Shown piece after piece: positions 1 to 11,526 of a stretch of DNA of 64,000 nt. The notes below the pieces were generated by a model. It saw nothing but the letters and a program-made list of their open reading frames with translations. It ran no database searches and was not told the origin of the DNA. The stretch covers positions 103,354,001 through 103,418,000 of the forward strand of contig OX597819.1 of the NCBI GenBank assembly GCA_951406725.2, given 5' to 3'. Source of the stretch: Octopus vulgaris. Taxonomy: Eukaryota. Made by a program: the position numbers and the translations under genes. Position 1 is the first letter of the stretch. Each line of letters opens with the position of its first letter.

Positions 1-92
1 AGAAGACACTTGCCCATGGTGCCACGCAGCGGGACTGAACCCGGAACCACGTGGTTGGCAAACAAGCTACTTACCACACAGCCACTCCTGCG
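1..92 (-). mobile_element. tRNA-derived SINE family A, 5' head (truncated by window edge)
   Basis: Reverse strand reads CGCAGGAGTGGCTGTGTGGTAAG...GGTTCAGTCCC (A-box/B-box-like) followed by GGGCAAGTGTCTTCT; same sequence recurs at 29.3, 30.3 and 61.6 kb. Confidence 0.85.
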
Positions 93-95
93 ATT

Positions 96-149
<54 letters not shown>

Positions 150-684
150 TACCTGTATTTGATTGTATATATATATGTCGGCATGTACCAACGTTTGTAT
201 ATTTATTGTATATATCTATATGTCTTTTGGTATCTGCATGTTTAAGTAAATGTATATGTACTTTTAAGATCTTTGTTCATTATAATAGAATATTTCTATT
301 TTTAACAGATATAAATTTAAATTTATGTTACCATTAATTTATTTATCCAGGGTATACAGGTATTTTTTCTTTCTAATAAAGCTAATTTTAGATTGACGGT
401 TTTCTTCGATTTTAAATATGATTTTGAATCGAAATTTTAATTTTAATGTCATATAACCGATTATTGAAAAGACCGTTAGTTGAAAGAACCAATGAAATAA
501 AATTATTATCAAATGTGTATCTATCAATATAATTGTATATTTATACATATAACTTTATTTTTTAAATATTTTTTGGTCTATTCTCAAACCAAACTGTCCG
601 ACGAATGGTAATGTGAATCTCTGAGTAACGATTCTTGTGATGTCTTTGAAGCTTTATTAATAAAAAAAAAAAAAATATATATAG

Positions 685-830
685 TTGAATTTTACAGAAG
701 AACAAAAGACGAATATAGGTGTATGAACAACAGACATTAGTATTAGTTTCACGCTCGGGAAAGTGAGAAAGTCTTTTACGTTTCGAACCTACGCTCTTCA
801 ACAGAAAGGAGTTAGAGAAAATAAAGAGGG
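685..830 (-). mobile_element. Short repeat (probable PLE pLTR remnant) with hammerhead-like motif at 773-808
   Basis: Minus strand cttt-CTGTTGA-agagc/gtag/gttc-GAAA-cg-TA-aaag; related sequence at 19975-20062 and 33293-33480. Confidence 0.6.
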
Positions 831-940
831 AGAACACAAAGAGAGAGAGAGAGAGGTACAGAGAGAGAGAGAGAAAGAGAGAAAGTAAAAGAGAGAATAT
901 ATATATACATATATACATACACACACACACACACACACAT

Positions 941-987
<47 letters not shown>

Positions 988-1429
988 AAGTGAGACATAT
1001 ACATATACATAGACTTTGCTGATATAATAAAGTTTCAACATGTAGCACCTTCAATTCAGACACTTATTTCTCTCTCCTTTTTTTGTGTCCTCATTTCTTT
1101 ATGCAGAAAAGTTTAAGTGGCTTCTTCCATTTTACGTGCGTCAAAGTAATACACCTTGTTTGGTGTTCTTTCATCTGTCTGTATCTTTTATACATTTTTG
1201 TATATTTTTCCTATATATAATATATACATATATATCTATGTATACGCATGTGCGTGTGTGTCTACGAATACATACATACATACATACAAACATACATTCT
1301 TCTGCATATCTACTCAGAGGGCGCCTCAGGTATTAAAGAAGTTTGTAATTTAAGACAAAAATGATATTTATGAAGAAAAGCAATAAAGTTTAATAGAATT
1401 TAGTACACATATATGAGCATATATATTGG

Positions 1430-1700
1430 AAGAGGCTATTCAATAAAATCGCCATTAGACTCGATTACTGATACCATAAGACTTCTGACACAAATAAACA
1501 CATTGATCAGCTGACCCTTATTCATGATGTCCTTTCTAGAAGATATCAACCACTCCTTGATATTGTGCGATGCAATACTGTCTTCCTCTGAATGACGGCC
1601 AAGATTTAGTAGTCACTGCGGTTTAAATCAAGAGAGACAGGAGGCCAAATGCTAGGAGTAATATAAAATTTTGCTCATTCTCTACTGAATTGCATGGAAC
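1430..1700 (-). mobile_element. Decayed Tc1/mariner transposase C-terminal fragment
   Basis: Minus translation gives ITPSIWPPVSLDLNRSDY* (WPPxSPDLNPxDY motif) and ends NGDFIE*, like the 49.7 kb relic. Confidence 0.7.
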
Positions 1701-1749
1701 GTTGCCTCTCTCACCTAGCATTCGGTGATTCTGACATGCTTTATATATG

Positions 1750-1965
1750 TAAGTGAAGGACTGTTTCAACGAAGTCGTGTCGTGCCCTTACCTTCGAAAC
1801 GCGGAGTAGAGGAAGCAGTGGCAGCTGAAGAAGGGGAATATTCCTTGTGTTGTATGTCTTGTACTCTGTTTTTTCGTTGTTTGAAAAAAGTCCGTTTCCA
1901 TGGTTTTGATTTTGTTTTCGTTTCTCATTGTGTTCGACGTTTTTTTGTTTGGTGTCCTGTACCCA
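1750..1965 (+). mobile_element. Dispersed non-coding repeat, family P (also at 54.3-54.7, 56.0-56.6, 56.7-57.5 kb)
   Basis: Shared CCTTCGAAAC..GAGTAGA..CTGAWGAAGGG..TGTCYTGTACTC..TTTTTTC block. Confidence 0.6.
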
Positions 1966-2047
1966 TATATACATGTATATATACATATAGATGTAGGTAT
2001 GTACATTTATGTATGTATATATGCATATGTTTTACTTATTATTTTGT

Positions 2048-2105
<58 letters not shown>

Positions 2106-2313
2106 GTATGATGTCTATATATTGACGTCCTAATCAGATCAATATCATCAGTAAATTTATTTTACACACATATATTTGTATATGTATGCTTACATCGAGA
2201 AAAAGCGAAAAAAGTAGGGGGATGGTAGATTCATGCACACTCACAGATATACAAGTAAACAGGAAGATAACCAGATAGATAGATAGGTAGGTAGATAGAT
2301 AGATAGATAGATA

Positions 2314-2349
<36 letters not shown>

Positions 2350-2865
2350 AATTCCACACAATATACATGTAGTAAGTTGGTGAAATATATTCCAAAATTT
2401 ATCGAAATATGTGGGAATGTTCTATATTATTGGGCCCTGTTCATTGATTTCATCCCCAACCACACGTTCCACAAATGTCGCCTGCTTTTATTGTTTCACT
2501 TCCTGTTTGCTGGCACTCTTGTTTACTGTCGACATAAGAGGATGGAGATATAAACATTGAAGCAATTTGGACTACAAGGATGATTATAAAGCTCTCTGTG
2601 TCCAGCACCCACACACATACACACGCATACACTTATACAGAGAGTGAGAGAGAGGCATAAACAGACAGATGCATATATACGAAATGCATAGACTTGTGCA
2701 TATATGAATGGAAAACATATATATGTTTCAAGTGTACATGAAGGTACGTATGTTGTTGAGTACAGGAGAGGACATGAAAGATGATTACACGTTTGTGAAT
2801 ATATCCGTATATATGTATACGATATGCATGCTTGAATAGTTGTGTATATATGTGTGTGAAAGAGC

Positions 2866-2869
<4 letters not shown>

Positions 2870-2917
<48 letters not shown>

Positions 2918-2932
2918 AAGACAAATGTAGGA

Positions 2933-3015
<83 letters not shown>
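2870..3015. repeat. (GA)n and (GATA)n microsatellites
   Basis: Directly visible tandem repeats. Confidence 0.95.
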
Positions 3016-3117
3016 CGGACACAGACAATCGGACAGAGGATTTGCAGGTTTCTGTTTATGTGAGAGGTTCTGGACCTTAATAATCTCTTGATATTGATTG
3101 TATGCCTATGAATGTGT

Positions 3118-3290
3118 AAGCGTAGCCCTGGCTACATGATAAGAAATTCGCATCCCAACGATTTGGTTCCAGGATCAGCCCTACATCGTGGTACCTTGGG
3201 CAAGTGTCCTTTACTAAATAAGCCGGGGTCTGCCAAAGCCTTCTGAATGCATTTGGTAAATGGAAACTAAAAGAAACCCGTCGTATATGT
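3118..3290 (+). mobile_element. SINE family A, diverged 5' half
   Basis: GGTACCTTGGGCAAGTGTC...GGAAACTAAAAGAAACCCGTCG matches other copies. Confidence 0.7.
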
Positions 3291-3502
3291 GTATATATAC
3301 ATCCACCAATGCGGTGTTGAGCACTCATTTCATCGTTCGACATTTAAGTATATAATATATATATATTATGCGTATGTCTGAAAGTGTGCGTTTGTGGCCA
3401 TCAGTATACCTGAGTATGGATGGTGTGTGTATGTGTGTGTGTGTGTGTATGTATGTATATATATACATATACACATATATATATATACATATACATATGT
3501 AC

Positions 3503-3564
<62 letters not shown>

Positions 3565-3589
3565 GTATATATATATATACTCGTTTTAT

Positions 3590-3815
3590 GTTTTTTTTAA
3601 TTGTTTCAATCATGGGACTATGGCCATGCTGGAGCGAGCACCACCTTTAGTCGAGCAAATCGACCCCAGGACTTATTCGTTGTAAGCCTAGTACTTATTC
3701 TATCGGTCTCTTTTGCCGAACCGCTAATTTAAGAGGACGTAAACACACCAGCATCGGTTGTCAAGCGATGTTGCGGGGACAAACACAGACACACTAACAC
3801 ACGCACAACCATATA

Positions 3816-3902
<87 letters not shown>

Positions 3903-3925
3903 GACGGGCTTCTTTCAGTTTTAGT
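3590..3925 (-). mobile_element. SINE family A, 3' part with internal (TA)n
   Basis: TGGCCATGCTGGAGC...TTTTGCCGAACCGCTAA...ACGACGGGCTTCTTTCAGTTT. Confidence 0.85.
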
Positions 3926-4294
3926 CATCAAATCCTCATTATTCACCATCCACTTACACTATTCATCATGACTACACAGCAACGTGTTCACTCATCATCT
4001 ATCATGCACCAGCTATCACCATGCACCACCAAGGTGCACACCACCATACACAATTGCCAAACATCATCACGCTCCATCATTAATCGTCGTCAACATGCAC
4101 CATAGAACACTCCTATGCACTATCTCAACTCATTATGCTCAGGTACAAACCAGCATCTTAAGCACAAACTGTCACTTTGAACAGATACCACCCGTACGAC
4201 CACACAACAGGGACACAGAAAACGTTAAGCATCTTCACAGCAACAACATCAATAACAAAATTTCATTAATAGTGGTTTCAAATGTTGGTTCAAG

Positions 4295-4470
4295 GCAAGC
4301 AAGCTTGGGTGGGGTGGCATGAGTCGATTGTATCGACTCCAGTGCTCAACTGGTACTTATTTTATCGACCACGAAAGTATGAAAGGCAAAGTCGACTCAG
4401 AACGTAAGGACAAGCAAACATCGCTAAGAATTTCGCCCAGCGTACTAACTTTTCTGCCAGCTCATCGCCT
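4295..4470 (-). mobile_element. SINE family B (Meta-domain-like)
   Basis: CTGGTACTTATTTTATCGACC...GAAAGGCAAAGTCGAC is the reverse of the GCCTTTCATCC...GGTCGATAAA..AAGTACCAG core. Confidence 0.75.
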
Positions 4471-4501
4471 CAAACTTCATTAATATTACCAACACTACAA
4501 A

Positions 4502-4705
4502 GGTGTCGAAGAGGCAAAAACGTTAGCACTCCGGGCAAAATATTTACCTTCCTTACGTTCCGTGTTCAAATTCCGCCGAGGTCGACATTGCATTTCATTT
4601 ATTTCAGGATGCATAAATTAAGTACCAGTCGTACACTGGGGTTGATGCAGTCGATTTACTCCCTCCCCCGAACTTGCAGGCCTTGTGCCAAATTTTGAAG
4701 CCAAT
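4502..4705 (+). mobile_element. SINE family B (Meta-domain-like)
   Basis: GTTCAAATTCCGCCGAGGTCGAC...TAAATTAAGTACCAG. Confidence 0.75.
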
Positions 4706-5916
4706 ATTACCATCACTACTACACATCCATTCTATCTGAAACAGTAAGCAATAACGCGGTTGTCACAATTCTAGGTATAGCAGTCATACCTCCCTCACGT
4801 TATACAATACCGTCGTCAAAAAAGAAAAATGGAATTCTACGTTGTGTTACTAGATTCTTTGACATCCGAGGTTTCTATTTTTTTAATCACAGGATGTCTA
4901 CATCCAAAAAGACCTACGAGACAAGAACATCAACATCACCATTGCAAATCACCACCAGGGCTGCTTGCAGTAGCAGTAGTGGTAGTAGTACTAGTAGTAG
5001 TAGTTGTAGTAGTAGTAGTCTATCCATCTGTCTATACCATCAAACCTGAAAGGGCCAACGCGACTGTGATTAATGCAATGAACATTAGCAAATTTCAAAC
5101 CATCTTTGGACTGCCAAACAATAACGCAACCCATAAAATTAGGACATGAGTTACCAATATAACAACTAATATCTCTCCTACCACCAATACCACCGAAAGC
5201 AAAAGCACTTTTTTTTTCACCCAATCCCCTTGCCACAAATATAGAAGAGTTCCAGTGACACCAATATGAGATTTATAGATAAAGCAAATCAGAATCTATA
5301 TAAACTCGTCTAACGATAAAATACTTTCATGTGAGAAGCTATGCAATAGCACGCATGCGTGACCATATATAGCTGCTGTTAGAAACACACACATACACAC
5401 ACACACCTCAGTATGCTTACGCTCCTATATATATATATATATATAACAGTTTGTGTGTAGACATATCTGTGTATATGTTGTGTGTGTAGATATATGTAAA
5501 TGCAGATACATGCATGTTCACGTATATATGTTAATATATATATAGCTTTAGACAGATATATACATACATACTTGCATACATCCCCACACGCTTATACATA
5601 CATGCATACATCCACACACGCTTATACATACATACATACTAACATATATACATATAGACGTGCATACACATTCAAAGGAGCACACATGCAATAGAAACAT
5701 CTGTTTAGTTATGAGTGTTTAGATCATACGTGTGTGTAGGCATATACATGTCCTTATAAGCACACACATACGCACATATATATCATTGGCAGAGAAATTA
5801 TCAGAAGATTATTGGTTAAACCTGCAATATCTCACCCTTAGTATCTGCCCCTCCATCGTGTGCTGGCAAAACTAACCTTTGCAAGCATTACCAAGCACTA
5901 CCAACACCGCCGATGG

Positions 5917-5941
5917 TACTACTACTACTACCACCACTACT

Positions 5942-6009
<68 letters not shown>

Positions 6010-6056
6010 AACGACGACTACTACTGGTAGTAGTAGTAGTAGTAGCAGCAACAGCA
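5917..6056. repeat. (ACT)n followed by complementary (AGT)n trinucleotide tracts
   Basis: Directly visible. Confidence 0.9.
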
Positions 6057-6869
6057 GATTACAAATAATACTAATAATCATAACCCTTTCTATAATAATG
6101 ACAAACAGCAGTTCCAACAACCTCAACACTTTACTAATAGTAACAAAATATAGAGATATAACATACACATATGCAATATATATATGTGTGTGTGTGTGCG
6201 CGTGTGTATGTATATATATATATGTGTGTGTGTGTATCTATATACACACATATAGATAGGGAGACAAACAGATGGACAGAAAGGTAGACACACAGAAAGA
6301 TAGATAGACAGATAGATAGATAGAGTTATTGATAAATATATGTAGCTACATATACAGACATACACACACACACGAGGTTATACAACCACACAGACACACA
6401 CACACGTACACACACACACACGCAAACAAACATACGCACGTATTTCTATTACGGCCCCACCGAAACCCCAAATCCGCCATATAAATCAGTGAGCCACAAA
6501 GCGCAATAATATTACCAACGTTAGTATTTCACATGCATTATTAAGCAGGGACAATCATTTCTATACCTTGCATTCTTTCTTCTTCTGTTTTGATATATAC
6601 ATACACATACATACACACATACATACATACATACATTTACATAAATACAAATATATATATATATATATGAATTTTTTTGTGCGGTTGTTTTTCTTTGATA
6701 TATTTTTTTGTCTATTTATTTACTTGTTTTTGCTATATTATTTGATAGCTTGTATTTATTGCTTTCTTCATCAATTTGGATATATTTCCCAACCATGAAG
6801 ATACCACAGCCATTATCACTTCCATCACACATCTCACTCACTAACAATATATATGCATATGTACATGCT

Positions 6870-6959
<90 letters not shown>

Positions 6960-7278
6960 ATATATTATATATGCATATGTATATATGTGTGTGTGTGTTT
7001 GTAAAAAAACACAGTAAGAGCAGCGCAGCTACCGTTACTAGCAACACCAACACCACCACTAACAATAACACTACTGCCACCACAACCATCAGCGCCGCCG
7101 CCGCCTCCGTCTCCACTGCCATTTCAACGTCACCAACACCAAAGCTGTATTATTTATTAATGTTCCCTATATTGATATGTTCTTCTAAGCCAGCATCAGA
7201 GAGACATTATTGATACCAAAGTAGGATAGACACACACAGGCACACACGCACGCACACAGAGATACCTACATATGTATG

Positions 7279-7338
<60 letters not shown>

Positions 7339-7466
7339 TATATGAATAGTTATATATATGTATGTGTATATATACATATATTAACCTCTTTAATAATATA
7401 TTTATTTCCCTGTCTGCGTGTTTAAGTTTCTATTTATCTATTAATCTCTCAATATACACTTATCAT

Positions 7467-7503
<37 letters not shown>

Positions 7504-7647
7504 TAGTATACATTATATATATATATATGCGCCTCAATGTACCATTATGTATGCATATATATGTGTGTGTGCGTGTGTGCGTGTATGTATGTATATATAT
7601 CTACGTATGTAATATAAAAATATATTATATGCATACATTCATCTATA

Positions 7648-7733
<86 letters not shown>

Positions 7734-7846
7734 TATATATACTCATGCATATATAGATACAAGGGACAACTTTATAACTATATTATGTACGCAAGTTTTG
7801 AAGTGTTTATGCATATATGCACATGGCTGTGTTCGTACGTATGTAT

Positions 7847-7879
<33 letters not shown>

Positions 7880-8509
7880 ACAAACATTTATGTGTACATA
7901 TGTATGTTTATATGTATGTATTTGGTATTGTTTATAACTTCTTTCTGCGTGAGTGTGCTTCTCCATATACGTGCCTATATGTAAATATGAATATCCACGA
8001 AGCGAGACACCATATTTGATTGTATGTACACGTGTGACAGTGCATGTGTGATTGTGGATGTAAGCGTGTGTGCGCAGATTCTGTGTATGTGCTTGTGCTT
8101 ATGTGTGTGTGTGTGTGTGCGTGTGTGTGATTGATGTTGAAATACCATTGACTGAGAGCTATCATGAAAAAAAGATGAGAGAAGAGTGCTCATGTGAATA
8201 CACATATGTAATCATAAATACAGCACGAAGGAGAATAAAGCTACCACTTATGCAGATGTGTGCACTTCTGTGCAACAAGATGTGCTTCATGCGCTCAAAA
8301 TATGCTTTTATGTGAAGATAGCTGTGCATATGTGCAGTTATATGCCCTCATGTGTGACGACCTTAAATTAAGAGCTGATATGGAACATTACGTGAGAGTT
8401 CCCTTGTTAAGTGCATGTGTGCATCGGATTGTATATATGCACATGTATATATACACACACATATACATACATACATATATATATATATATAGTTATGAAA
8501 GAAATGCAT

Positions 8510-8550
<41 letters not shown>

Positions 8551-8614
8551 TAAACAAATGTATATATATACATCAATGATGTCGAATAATTCCACAGATA
8601 TTTACAAACAGCCA

Positions 8615-8668
<54 letters not shown>

Positions 8669-9024
8669 CTTTTCTATACACATGTATGTCTATGTAATGA
8701 TACATATATTTGTAGATATACCTTAGATATATGAGTATACTTATTTAATATATATACTTCTGAATATAATAAAAGTGAAACAGACCGACAATGGGAGAGA
8801 TGTAGTTCAATATGTTCATATGGATTTGTGTCTGTGCGTCTTTGCGTGAGTGTGTGTGTGAGTGTGAGAGTGTGTGAACATGCTCACATGTGTATGTCTA
8901 TATATGCGTATGTGGTATATTTGCATGTGTGTGTTTGCACACAGACATACAAAGATCCACACATTTATATATGTAACGTGAAGCAAACACATATACACAT
9001 CGCGTTCACATCTGTCATACATAT

Positions 9025-9060
<36 letters not shown>

Positions 9061-9089
9061 CATATATATATGTATGTATATTTATACAC

Positions 9090-9131
<42 letters not shown>

Positions 9132-9959
9132 TCACACATATATACGTATATATGCATATATATATGCATATAGATACTGTGAGGGAGAGGACACGCAAAT
9201 ATACAGACATTGATATGAAGATGAATAAATGCATGGATTAATAAACAGAGAGAAAATTTTGTGTGAAATTTATTTCAGATTGATACATTGAGATACACCA
9301 CATATATACAGGATGCCAAGATGCCATAGAGACATATTGATAAATATTTGAGAAATATATAGTACAGTTATTTCTGCAAGATTTTATGTGAACCTGCTTT
9401 TGAAAGTCATTTGTAACTGAAAGTTATGCGACAGATGATACAGAAATATCTAGAATATACATACATATATGCAAAACTAAAACTAAATACGTCAAATTTT
9501 ATCGCCAACTTCGAGAGAGTATCTTCTAGACGTTATCTCCCATGTATTATGACGAAGCTGAGAACTGTTTGAAATAAGTGAAGAAGAAAGAAATTACTAA
9601 CAGATGAATCTGATCATCTTGAGATCGACAAGGCAGAAGAATACTGGTGGAATTGACAAATTTTAAACAGCCACCATGTTAAAACATAACGAACGAGATA
9701 TTGTTACGTGGGGACAAGAGGAAAATAATATACTCTCTCTTGGAAATAAGTTGCCTTCATATCATTGAAGTCAGAAAAATATAGGAGAAATGAAACATTG
9801 GGACTTACGGAATAAATTGGGAATTACGAAATTTGTAAATCCCAATGTACTCAATGCAGTTTTATATCTATTGCTGGATACGTACCAACACGCTTGGCGT
9901 AATTTATACCTGGTTATTTATACGTAGCAAATAATCACAATATTTGTGACATTAAAAAT

Positions 9960-10650
9960 GTACTTAGATAAACTTAGATAAACTTAGATATGTTTCGACC
10001 AATGATTGGTCCAAGCCATGTCTAACTTAATAGCACCACCTGATAGGATTATTCGAATCCTGTTTAAGTCAAGTTTTGTTCAAGTAGTGAGTTCTTGTTG
10101 GGTGAGTTGTATCCAGTTTTGTTCAAGTGGTGAGTTCTTGTTGGGTGAGTTGTATCCAATTATGGGTGGCTTATCTGGTATTTTTGAAGGAATCTATCCA
10201 GACTCCGTTTAAAGTTGATGGGATCCTTTTCCTCTTTGATCTCCCTCGGGACAATGTTAAATAGGGCAGGGCCTGTTGAGGAAAAGAAATTATGTTGCAG
10301 TGTACATGTATGTTGTGATCTTGAATTGGACAGGGGACGTATGGCCCGTGGTCCCAGTCTTGGATGAACCTTGAAGCTAATGTTTAGGTCGTTTGGGCAA
10401 AGTTGGCGGTATATTTTCCACATCGTACAAATGATGTACCGCTCACGGCGACGCTGGAGGGAGTAAAGTTTCAAGGCTTTAAGGCGATCCCAATAATCGA
10501 GAGCAGCCATGCCTTCAATTCGTTTAGTGAGTGCCCTCTGGGTTGACTCAATTCTGGAGATGTTTTGTCTTGTGTGAGGAGACCACAGTGGGCAGCAGTA
10601 TTCAAGGTGTGGCCGTACAAAGGAGGAAAAAAGTGGTATGATGAATTGTT
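9960..10650 (-). mobile_element. CR1-clade LINE, 5'-truncated 3' end (RT C-terminus and tail)
   Basis: Minus translation FVRPHLEYCCPLWSP...DYWDRLKALKLYSLQRRRERY...FKRSLDRFL; tandem (TATCTAAGTT)n tail near 9962-9990. Confidence 0.9.
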
Positions 10651-11526
10651 TAATAGAGGTTTTTCTCTAAATTATATACATATATTATATATTGTGAAAT
10701 ATGATTTAGAATTGCTAAATTGAAATTTTCCCTGTAAGTTTGGAATTATATTCCCTACATCAAAACAGCTAATATTAATATTTTTATATATATAATCTTC
10801 TATTAATCTCCCTCTTGAACTGAAATATATTAAACTTAATTCTGTGCTATTTCCACCTCAATCTTTTTTATATATAAAAATTTGATTTGTACAGATCTCT
10901 AATCTTTTTTCAACTATATATATATATATATATATAAGAGTAAATGTAAGGACAGGTAAGTCACGCAAATTGACATACAAAAAATATTAAATACATTTAA
11001 TACAAAAAATGTACGTATGTATACATATAAACAGTCCGACTGACACAGAATGGAAATTATATCTGATATTGAAGGGGTTGAATAAAATATTTACGAGCCC
11101 AATAGCTGCTTCTGGTAGCTTGGGGATCTAATATAATAATTGTAACTTGATTCCGTCATCGGATAACACCAGCGTCCCTCTTCAGGGAAGAATTTATATT
11201 TGAAGTGTTGAGTCCACTTTGTGAAAAATGTACAGTTCTACAACTAAAAACAACTGTATTAATCAATGGACAAAGATGGAGTGAAAGGTAAAGTCCACCT
11301 CAGCGGAATTTGAAGACGGATGAAATGCCTGTAGGCATTCTGCTAGTTTGCCGCCTGAGAAGAGGTCTTCATGTAAGTGATAAAACAATAAACAATACCA
11401 TCATTTGGTAAAACTGTGCTCGGAATATTATAGAAAATATTTGGTAAATGGAATACATACATACATACGTACATACATACTCACTCAAACATACATACAT
11501 ACACACACACATACATAAATAAATAA

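Noticed and set aside
9310-9900. Complex AT-rich segment suspected to be an old transposon
   Set aside because: No motif recovered by eye
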